Assembly (NCBI GenBank): GCA_965214705.1
Contig: CBDCCI010000002.1
Span: 480,001-544,000 of the forward strand
Length of the DNA stretch: 64,000 nt
Origin: Alphaproteobacteria bacterium
GTDB taxonomy: Bacteria; Pseudomonadota; Alphaproteobacteria; UBA828
Reading direction: 5' to 3'
In this document: positions 1 through 7,821 of the stretch, one piece after another
Position numbering within the stretch: position 1 is the stretch's first letter
How the letters are laid out: every line of letters begins with the position of its first letter
Notes under the pieces: model-generated
Seen by the model: the letters and a program-made list of their open reading frames with translations, nothing else
Told to the model about the DNA's origin: nothing
Databases searched by the model: none
Translations under genes and position numbers: made by a program

Positions 1-172
1 AGAAGGAGAAGCCGAAGCGCAAGCGCGGTCGCCCGCGCAAGGGTGAGGAGCGGCCCAAGGAGCAGCGCCGCGTGGAGCGCCAGCTCGACATGACCCTGCC
101 GCAGATGCTCGACGATCTGCCCAGAGCCTGCGATGTCGGCACCAAGCGAAACGCCAAGGGCCACACCACGTC
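1..172 (+). pseudogene. IS5/IS1182-like DDE transposase, upstream part, interrupted by the 29-kb element
   Basis: Reads ...DLPRACDVGTKRNAKGHTTS and continues in frame as HTTSWIGYKLHID at 29264. Confidence 0.8.
161..172 (+). repeat. Left copy of 12-bp direct repeat CCACACCACGTC (attL-like)
   Basis: Identical to 29264-29275; removing the intervening DNA restores the transposase frame. Confidence 0.9.
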
Positions 173-291
173 ACGCACCTGCGGTGCTAACTATCTGACA
201 AAGGGTCGTTTTCTCTCCTCCACATTGTTGCATCCGGACGGATCCGTCAACTCCCGGTTCCCTGGCTGCAACCGAAACCGGGAGAGGGGAG

Positions 292-1416
292 ATGCCCAGA
301 ACCCACCTTACGGACGCCCGCGTCCGCGCGCTCAAGCCCCGCAAGACCGCATACGACATTCGCGACGGCAAGCTCAGGGGGGTCGGCCTCCGCGTGCTGC
401 CCTCAGGCGCCAAGCGCTTCTTCGTCCACTGCCAGCATCGTGGCGAGCGCGTCTGGAAGATCATAGGCGATGCCGCCACCATGGATGTCCGCGAGGCGCG
501 ATCGCGCGCGGTGGCCATGCTCGCCGCGATCCGTCTGGGCGAGGACCCGCCACGCGATCCCGCCGAGACTCGCTTCGAGGCCATCGCCGAGGCCGCGTTC
601 GAGCGCCGCAGCCGGCTTTGGAAGGCGGGAACGCTGGCGGTGAACCGGGGCTACCTGCGAAGACAGATACTCCCGCACTTCGCGGGACGGCAGATCGCCG
701 ACATCGACAGCCGGGACGTCGCCAACTGGTTCGCCTCGCTGCGCGCCACCCCGGTCGCCGCAGACCGGTCCATGCCGGTGCTCTCCGTCATCATGCGCGA
801 GGCCGAGGCGATGAGGCTCAGGCCCGAGGGCTCGAACCCGTGCAAGGGCATCCGGCGCTACCGCCGCAAGGGGCGCGAGCGCTTCCTGTCGGACGATGAG
901 ATCCGCCGCTTGTCGGCGGCACTCACGGCCCTTGAGGGGCTGCATCCAGAGCAGGTCGCGGTCGTGCGCCTCCTCCTGCTGACCGGATGCCGGAAGGGCG
1001 AAATCCTGACGCTGCGCTGGTCCGACTACCGAGAGGGGCGCCTGTTCCTCCGTGACTCGAAGACGGGCCCCCGAACCGTCTGGCTGTCCGAGCCGGCCAG
1101 GAACATTCTCGACGCCCTGGAGCGAAAGGACCGCTGGGTGTTTCCCTCGTGCCGGACGGCAGGCCCGCAGGGCAACAACTGGCTGGACCGGTTCTGGTGG
1201 AAGCTCCGCGCCGAGGCGGAGCTGGAGGACGTTCGTCTCCACGACCTCCGCCACACCCATGCCAGCATCGCCCTGCGCGAGGGAGAGACCGTGCTCGCCA
1301 TCGGCCGGCTGCTCGGCCATGCCAGCCCGGAGACGACCCTCAAGTACACGCACCTCAGCGACGCCATGACGATGGAAGCCGCCGAAATCGTCGGCGCCGT
1401 GCTGGAAGGAAACTGA
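292..1416 (+). CDS. Tyrosine recombinase A with N-terminal arm-binding (DUF4102-like) domain
   Basis: LTDARVRALKP...GLRVLPSGAK N-terminus; TGCRKGE, HDLRH, LLGH...TLKY catalytic motifs. Confidence 0.93.
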   Translation: MPRTHLTDARVRALKPRKTAYDIRDGKLRGVGLRVLPSGAKRFFVHCQHRGERVWKIIGDAATMDVREARSRAVAMLAAIRLGEDPPRDPAETRFEAIAEAAFERRSRLWKAGTLAVNRGYLRRQILPHFAGRQIADIDSRDVANWFASLRATPVAADRSMPVLSVIMREAEAMRLRPEGSNPCKGIRRYRRKGRERFLSDDEIRRLSAALTALEGLHPEQVAVVRLLLLTGCRKGEILTLRWSDYREGRLFLRDSKTGPRTVWLSEPARNILDALERKDRWVFPSCRTAGPQGNNWLDRFWWKLRAEAELEDVRLHDLRHTHASIALREGETVLAIGRLLGHASPETTLKYTHLSDAMTMEAAEIVGAVLEGN

Positions 1417-1419
1417 TCG

Positions 1420-2565
1420 ATGGCCGGCAGGGAACGCATGCGGCTGACCGACGCCTCCGTCGAACGCCTCCGTCCGCGAGAACGGGAATTCACCGTCTGG
1501 GACGACCGCACCCCCGGTCTCGGGGTCCGGGTCCGGCCCGGCGGCGGGAAGAGCTATGTGTGGTTGCAGCGATCCGGCGGGCGCTCGAAACGCATCTCCC
1601 TGGGTCCGGTGTCGCTCAGGACCGTCGCAGAGGCTCGCCGGGATTGCCTCGCGCGGCAGCTCGCCCCGGAGCCCGACAGGGAGAGCGTGCCCAGGCGCCG
1701 CGCCCCCTCGTTCCGGGAGTTCGTCGAGGGCGAGTGGAAGGACGCGCATTTCCAGCGCTACAAGCCCTCCACGAAAAAGGGGCACCGCTCACTCCTTGCG
1801 AGGCAGCTGTTGCCGAAGTTCGGGTCGATCCCGCTCGACCGCATTGCCTCCACGCGGGTCAGGCGGTGGTTCGAGGCGTATAGCCGGACCGCTCCCGGCA
1901 ATGCCAATCACAGCCTCGACGTCCTCCGCCAGATCATGAACTTCGCCATCGCGCGCGGCCATGCCGATGCCAACCCGACCGCAGGCATCCAGCCCAACCG
2001 CCGGCCGGAGCTCACACGCTTCCTCTCCCGCGAGGAGATCGCCCGTCTCCACAGGGCGCTCAACGGGCAAGCCGGACGGAGGAACCGCCAGCAGGCCGAC
2101 GTGATCCGGCTCCTGCTGCTGACCGGCTGCCGCAGGGGCGAGATCGTGCGCCTGCGCTGGTCCGAGGTCCAGGGCGACACGCTCATGTTGGCCGACAGCA
2201 AGACCGGTCCCCGGAAGGTCCCTCTCAATTCGCAGGCCCGGCGCATTCTCGAACGGCAGCCTCGGGGAGAGAGTCCGTTCGTGTTTCCGTCGCCGCGCGA
2301 TCCGTCCCGGCCGCGCCACCCCGACCTCAACCTTTGGTACCGGGTCCGGAAGGAAGCCGGCATCGACGATGTGCGCCTCCACGACCTCCGGCACACCGTG
2401 GCCAGCCAGGCGGTGATGAACGGCGTTCCGGTGCCGGTGGTGTCCCGGCTGCTCGGCCACTCCAATGTCCGAATGACCCTGCGCTACGCTCACCTCGGAG
2501 ACCGCGATATCGAACGGGCCGCCGAGAGGGTGGGTCAGGCCATCGCCAGGAGAATGGAGCGGTAG
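1420..2565 (+). CDS. Tyrosine recombinase B, paralog of A
   Basis: TGCRRGE, HDLRH, LLGHSNVRMTLRY; starts 3 bp after A. Confidence 0.93.
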   Translation: MAGRERMRLTDASVERLRPREREFTVWDDRTPGLGVRVRPGGGKSYVWLQRSGGRSKRISLGPVSLRTVAEARRDCLARQLAPEPDRESVPRRRAPSFREFVEGEWKDAHFQRYKPSTKKGHRSLLARQLLPKFGSIPLDRIASTRVRRWFEAYSRTAPGNANHSLDVLRQIMNFAIARGHADANPTAGIQPNRRPELTRFLSREEIARLHRALNGQAGRRNRQQADVIRLLLLTGCRRGEIVRLRWSEVQGDTLMLADSKTGPRKVPLNSQARRILERQPRGESPFVFPSPRDPSRPRHPDLNLWYRVRKEAGIDDVRLHDLRHTVASQAVMNGVPVPVVSRLLGHSNVRMTLRYAHLGDRDIERAAERVGQAIARRMER

Positions 2566-3791
2566 CCTCAGACCTCACGCCCGGCAAGATCGCGATCGGG
2601 ATCGGGCGCAGCGTAGATCCGTTCGCCGATCACGAACTCGTGCAAGTGGGGGAGCAACGGCAACGGTCGGACGTGGTGAAACATGTCCGAGGGAGGGAGT
2701 GCTCCGCGGCCGTTTTCTCCAGAGCCAGACGCCATCGGTGATGTCTGTGCGCGCACCGTGCATTGCCCGGCCTTCGCCACCGTGCAGGGCATGATCCGCC
2801 TCGCCGACGACCATGGTGGCGATCGCCTCGACGCACTCTGCGCCGAGGCCCTCGACCTCAACCGCCTCGCCTCGGGCTTCCTCAGGGAGCGCGTCAAGAA
2901 CGGCGGCGAGCCCGATCCGCCGCGCCCCGAGCACGACGAGACCATCCCCAGCCACGGCAACATCCGCGGTGGCGACTACTACGGCAACAACGGAGGAGCG
3001 ACACCATGACGCTGCGACAACCCAACATCGACCGCCTGCTGCAGCTCGGTCTCAGCGGCATGGCCGAGGCCCTGGAGGAACAGCGCGACATCGCCGACGT
3101 CGACCAGCTCGGCTTCAACGACCGCCTCGCCCTGATGATCGAGCGCGAGGCCGAACACCGCGATCACAAAAGCTATCTCGGCCACCTGCGCCAAGCCCAG
3201 TTGCGCATCCGCGCCGACATTCAGGACGTCGACTGCCGCGCGGGGCGCGGCATCGCCCGGACCACGCTCACCCAGCTCGCCGCCGGCGACTGGATCCGCC
3301 AGGGCCACAATCTGATTCTGGGTGGGCCAACCGGGTCGGGAAAGACGTTCGTCGCTTGCGCGCTCGCCCACCAGGCCTGCCGCCAGCACCAGTCCGTCCT
3401 CTATCGCCGCGTGCCTGAGCTGGTCGCCGCCCTCATCCGCGCCCGCGACAAGGGCACGCTCGAGCGCCTGATGGGCCGCCTGGGCAGGGTCTCCCTGCTG
3501 GTGCTCGACGACTGGGGCCTCCAGGGCTTCTCCGCCGAGGGCCGGCGCGACCTGCTGGAGATCGTCGAGCAGCGCCACGGACGCAAGTCCATCCTCATCG
3601 CCAGCCAGATCCCCGTAGACGGCTGGCCGAAGGTGATCGGCGAGCCGACGATCGCGGACGCGGTCCTCGACCGCATCGTCCACAGATACCATGAGCCGGT
3701 TGCTTCGACTCGACTTCGAGTGGTTCGAGGCACCCGGAGAGAAGGCCCCCACCTTCTCTCCGGGAGGAACCGTCAACAACGGAGTGGACGA

Positions 3792-4988
3792 ATGTCAGAC
3801 TATCCAAGCACGACCGCGCTGACAGGCGCGAGGCATAGCACGGTTTACGTTGCTGTGGAGATCAGTCTCAAATCGTGGATTGTGGGAATGCATTGCCCGG
3901 ACGCTTCGGGCGGCTGCATCAGCATCCACAAGCTGGCCACTGCGGACACGGCCGGACTGGTTGAGCTTGCTGGGTCGGTGCGGGAGCGGGTGGCGAGGGA
4001 GCTGGGTGCGCGTCCGCGAGTGATGCTGACCTACGAGGCGGGCTACGAGGGGTTCTGGCTGGCCCGGGACATCGAGCGCCGAGACGCGGAGATCGAAATC
4101 TTCATGAACGATCCGGCGAGCCTGCAGGTGAACCGCCGCGCCAAGAGGAAGAAGACCGATCGGATCGACACGAGGAAGATGCTTCGCGCCCTGAAGGCGT
4201 GGGACCAGGGCGATTCGGAGGCCATGTCCTGGGTACGAGTGCCGGCAGTGGACCGGGAGGACGACAAGCGCCTGCTGCGCGAGAGGGAGACGTTGATCGT
4301 TGAGCGCACGCGCCTCAACAATCGGATCAGGGGGCTGTTGATGCTGCACGGCATCTTCGACCTGGCGCCGCGCCGAGCGGACTTCCTGGATCGGCTTGCA
4401 GCCGCGCGGACCGGCTATGGAGCGCCTTTGCCGCCGCGGGCGCGGGCCGAGATCGAGAGGGCGGTCGCGGTGCTTCGTCTGGTTGAGGCTCATATCGACA
4501 CGATCGAGGCCGAGAAGAAGGCCCTGCTGAAGGCCGGCCGGAAAGCCGTGGACGCGCCGAACCGGGACGGGACGGCGGTGATCGCGGCGCTCACGCGGAT
4601 CCACGGCATCGGCCTCAACGATGCGACGCTGCTGGCCGGCGAGGTGTTTTATCGGGACTTCCGCAATCGGCGCGAGCTGGGCAGTTGGGCCGGCTTGACA
4701 TCGGTACCGTGGGCGAGCGGCGGGGTCGATCACGATCTCGGCATCAGCAAGGCCGGCCCCTCGCACATCAGGAAGCACATGATCCAGATGTCGTGGCGCT
4801 GGTTGAAGCTGCAACCGGAAAGCGGGATCACGAAGTGGTTCCATGCCTATGTCGCCAGAGCTGCCAATGGTGGCAGGGACAAGCGCGCCAGGAAGCGCGC
4901 GATCGTCGGCGTCGCGCGCAAGCTTCTGATCGCGCTGTGGCGCTACGCCACCCAGGGGCTGGTGCCGGAGGGCGCCATCGTCTCGTGA
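3792..4988 (+). CDS. IS110-family transposase/recombinase
   Basis: YEAGYEG, KKTDRID, FRNRRELGSWAGL, SGG...GISKAG, ARKL motifs. Confidence 0.93.
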   Translation: MSDYPSTTALTGARHSTVYVAVEISLKSWIVGMHCPDASGGCISIHKLATADTAGLVELAGSVRERVARELGARPRVMLTYEAGYEGFWLARDIERRDAEIEIFMNDPASLQVNRRAKRKKTDRIDTRKMLRALKAWDQGDSEAMSWVRVPAVDREDDKRLLRERETLIVERTRLNNRIRGLLMLHGIFDLAPRRADFLDRLAAARTGYGAPLPPRARAEIERAVAVLRLVEAHIDTIEAEKKALLKAGRKAVDAPNRDGTAVIAALTRIHGIGLNDATLLAGEVFYRDFRNRRELGSWAGLTSVPWASGGVDHDLGISKAGPSHIRKHMIQMSWRWLKLQPESGITKWFHAYVARAANGGRDKRARKRAIVGVARKLLIALWRYATQGLVPEGAIVS

Positions 4989-5330
4989 CGGCGTTGGCCG
5001 AACGAGAAGGAGACAACACGAGGTTCCGACGCGGTCGGACGCGACCGCGGAGGATGCCGGGCAAGGCGTGTGACCGAATAGGCGTTGGGTTGCCGAATGG
5101 CACCGTTCCATAGATGGGTCCCGCCTCCCGGAACGTCGCGACCGCCTGGATGCGGTATTGGGGTCGCGGAGCCGGCGAGAGCCGGAGCTCCGAACCGGAT
5201 AAGAGTTGAGCAGCGTGACGAGCCGCTGCGTGGAAAAGACGTTCTGCCTGGACATCGGCCGCGGATGCGAGTGGGGAGATCACGAATGCCATTCACGTAA
5301 ATGAAGTCGGGCCTTGCAGAGAGAGCTCAT
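4989..5330 (+). ncRNA. Putative bridge/seekRNA region of the IS110
   Basis: Structured 3' NCR; ATAGGCGT (5078-5085) is the reverse complement of the right target flank. Confidence 0.65.
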
Positions 5331-5835
5331 AAGACGCCTATCGCATCGAGCTCAAGGGAGAGTCCCAGCGCAAGCGCAACAAGCCCCCGCCACTCGACGG
5401 CGGCGGCAACAGAGCCCCGGCCTGACGGCCGGGGTCCATGGGCGCCTGCGGCGCCTTCCGGGTTGCGAGGCCGGTGGCGCGCGGCGGCATGCTGTGTGTG
5501 AGAGCTTGCCGCCGCGCCCCGCCGGCCGTTTGCATGCCCAAGAGGCCTCGCATACGCTCGGCTCGGGCTGGCCAAAGGCCAGCCCCCCGACATCACCAAG
5601 GGGAGGGTCACACCGCCAAATCCGGGAGAGACAGCGCGCTGGCGCGCGCCTGCGCCACGGTCAAGTGTTGCCAGAATCCCGGTCAAATAAAATCAGAATC
5701 GGCGGTCAAATAAACCGGAATCCGCAGGAGAATGCCGTTCGCTCTTCATGGCGTCTGATCCTGCCCGCCGGGGCTTGCTCTGGCGCCGGATTTCATGCAA
5801 TGGCTTGGAGCGGCAGAAGCGAAGGTAGGTTCGAA

Positions 5836-6450
5836 ATGGAAAAGGTGTTCATCTATTGGGACAATTCGAACATCTTCATCAGCGCTCAAGAAGTCGCGAG
5901 CGAACGGGAAGGGGTAGAGACCCGTTACAGAGTGCGCGTCCAATTCCGAAACCTGCTGGAACTGGCGCGGGCCGGCCGCGATGTCGAGCGGGCGATCGCC
6001 GTCGGTTCCATTCCCCCGGAGTTGCGGCACGTCTGGAACCGATTGGAAAATGAAGGTGTCACCGTTCAGTTGCTGGAACGCGGCGCGATGGAGCGCCGAG
6101 AGCAGGGCGTCGACCAAACCCTGCAAACTGCGATGCTGCGCGATGCGTTCGACTACAACGGATCGCCGGGAATCGCGGTCATGCTCACCGGCGACGGCAG
6201 CGGCTTTCATGACGGCGTCGGTTTTCATGCCGACCTGGAGCGCATGCACAGTCGAGGATGGCGCATCGAAGTGCTGTCGTGGCGACATAGCTGCAACCGC
6301 CGGATGCGGGAATGGGCGGAGCAGAATGGCCGGTTTGTCGCCCTGGATGACTATTACGAGAGCGTAACCTTCCTTGAACCGCCGCCGCCGGGCCAGCCCA
6401 TCGCCGACCCGCGCCATGCGGTTCCGGTCAACCTGGACGACCGCTTGTGA
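5836..6450 (+). CDS. NYN (PIN-like) domain nuclease
   Basis: VFIYWDNSNIF, EQGVDQTL, MLTGDG, FVALDDY motifs. Confidence 0.85.
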   Translation: MEKVFIYWDNSNIFISAQEVASEREGVETRYRVRVQFRNLLELARAGRDVERAIAVGSIPPELRHVWNRLENEGVTVQLLERGAMERREQGVDQTLQTAMLRDAFDYNGSPGIAVMLTGDGSGFHDGVGFHADLERMHSRGWRIEVLSWRHSCNRRMREWAEQNGRFVALDDYYESVTFLEPPPPGQPIADPRHAVPVNLDDRL

Positions 6451-6574
6451 TCCGGCCCTGCGTCTGCATGGCTCGCGCCGCGCGTTCGCGTCGGAGTTGG
6501 TGACGGGCGGCGAAACCGCGGGTGCTGAAGGGTGTCGGGGTTGATGAGCCGCCGGTTCGAGACCCAGCCGGCGG

Positions 6575-6760
6575 CGAAGCGGAGTTTGACCCTCCCGCCA
6601 ACGACCTCGACATAGCGCTCGAGCGTCTTCAGCGATGGCACATGACCGGGGCCACGGTGTGCTGGTTCATCTTCATCCCTTTGGCCACTTCGCTCTGGGT
6701 CAACCCAGCCGTGACACGCGCCTTGATGAGTTCCCGACGCCGGCTTGAACTCGGGTTTCG
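6575..6760 (-). pseudogene. Frameshifted XRE-family HTH regulator fragment
   Basis: ELIKARVTAGLTQSEVAKGM and PSLKTLERYVEVVG lie in different frames. Confidence 0.6.
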
Positions 6761-6836
6761 GAGCGTCGGTGCCGGTGGCATCATATTGCCGGAACCGGAC
6801 GGAGCGGCCGTCCGCCTGACGATAAAGGCCCATGGT

Positions 6837-7478
6837 ATGAACGGGACGCTCGATGTTTTCTTTCGCGTCATTGGCGCGGAAGCGCCTGCCGACCATGGCT
6901 ACGCGCTGTTCGGCGCGATCTCCCGCATTCTGGAGACGGAGGACGACCGCTGGATGCACGGCAACCCGCATGTCGGCCTCCACACTATCCGCGGCGCGAA
7001 TCTGGGGAACGGCCGGCGCTTGATTGGCTCCGGCGCGCGCTTCGGCCTGCGCCTGCCGTCAGAGCTGTTGCCCCGTTCTCTGAAGTTGGCCGGAAAATGC
7101 ATCGACCTTGATGGTTGCAAGCTGCGCGTCGGCGTCGGCGAGATCCGAGCCTTGGTCCCAGCGGCAACGCTGCACTGCCGAATAGCGACCACCAAGAACG
7201 GTGACGATCCCGCTCGCTTTGACGGCCAGATCGCCCGGCAGCGCGCCTCTCTCGGCATTCGCGGCAATGTCATGCGCGCGCCGGAGAGTGCCGCGCGAAG
7301 CGACAGACGCGACCCGAGTCGCCGCATCCTCCGCGTGAAGGGCAAGCGGATCGTCGGTCATGCCCTCCTCGCGACGGAACTGACGACCGAGGAGTCTATC
7401 CTGCTTCAGAAACGCGGCCTCGGTGGCCGGCGGCGGATGGGATGCGGGGTGTTCGTGCCGGTGACTGGGAGGCCTTGA
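6837..7478 (+). CDS. cas6: Cas6, Myxan subtype
   Basis: PADHGYALFGAIS N-terminus; C-terminal G-rich loop GLGGRRRMGCGVF. Confidence 0.92.
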   Translation: MNGTLDVFFRVIGAEAPADHGYALFGAISRILETEDDRWMHGNPHVGLHTIRGANLGNGRRLIGSGARFGLRLPSELLPRSLKLAGKCIDLDGCKLRVGVGEIRALVPAATLHCRIATTKNGDDPARFDGQIARQRASLGIRGNVMRAPESAARSDRRDPSRRILRVKGKRIVGHALLATELTTEESILLQKRGLGGRRRMGCGVFVPVTGRP

Positions 7479-7533
7479 CAATTGAGGCATCGGGCTGTAG
7501 TTGGTGGCTCGTCCATGCCACTAACACTATAAG
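7475..7533 (+). promoter_or_regulatory. Probable promoter region containing the mini-array target site (7513-7527) and ATA PAM
   Basis: TTGACA at 7475-7480 and TATAAG at 7528-7533 (not one canonical pair); 14/15 match to the mini-array spacer. Confidence 0.55.
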
Positions 7534-7541
7534 GGAACAAG

Positions 7542-7730
7542 ATGATGCTTGGACGCAGTTGGGTACAGGTGTCTCACCGGAAATGTGTCTATGAGGAGTG
7601 GTGCGAGGAGACGGTGAGGGAGTGGTCCGAGCAACCAGAATGGCGCGGGCCGCAGAGGCCAGTCAGGAAGGCCGACGCCCTGTTAACCGTAAGACCACGA
7701 GCACCTCATGATCTTGAGACTGAGGAGTGA
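7542..7730 (+). CDS. Small 62-aa ORF, candidate CRISPR-repressed toxin
   Basis: AAGGGA SD-like site before ATGATG; lies between the target site and pseudo-repeat 1; no recognisable family. Confidence 0.35.
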   Translation: MMLGRSWVQVSHRKCVYEEWCEETVREWSEQPEWRGPQRPVRKADALLTVRPRAPHDLETEE

Positions 7731-7820
7731 TGCCGAAAGGCGTTTTGCACGTGTTCGTGGCATGGGTGGTCTGATGTTGCCTGACTCCTTCAACCAGTGA
7801 TGCCGAAAGGCGTTCGCGAG
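7715..7820 (+). CRISPR. Degenerate mini-array (2 pseudo-repeats, about 34-nt spacer), CreA/CreR-like
   Basis: Two copies of AGTGATGCCGAAAGGCGTT versus array core AGTGATGCCGAGAGGCGTT, 70 bp apart. Confidence 0.85.
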
Positions 7821-7821
7821 C

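Larger units (their letters stand above)
3685..5333 (+). mobile_element. IS110 family, IS1111-type element
   Basis: Subterminal IR ATGAGC (3691) / GCTCAT (5325-5330), no TSD, long 3' non-coding region. Confidence 0.85.
3006..5425 (+). pseudogene. istB: IstB ATPase interrupted by IS110 (3006-3684 plus 5334-5425)
   Basis: GPTGSGKT Walker A, LLVLDDWG Walker B, DAVLDRIVH then AYRIELKGESQR after the insertion. Confidence 0.88.
2760..5726 (+). mobile_element. IS21-family remnant (3' istA, istB, right end); left boundary approximate
   Basis: IstA tail HGNIRGGDYY overlapping istB start; repeated CGGTCAA..GAATC motifs ending in CA at 5726. Confidence 0.8.

Noticed and set aside
2763-4988. 741-aa IstB-IS110 fusion protein
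   Set aside because: Chance in-frame read-through caused by the IS110 insertion; the transposase has its own SD and ATG at 3792
7449-7457. Second match (GTGTTCGTG) of the mini-array spacer in the cas6 3' end
   Set aside because: Only 9 nt and preceded by GGG rather than an AT PAM
7680-7704. Possible third pseudo-repeat ending ACGAGCAC
   Set aside because: No conserved hairpin, and the spacing to the next repeat is too short
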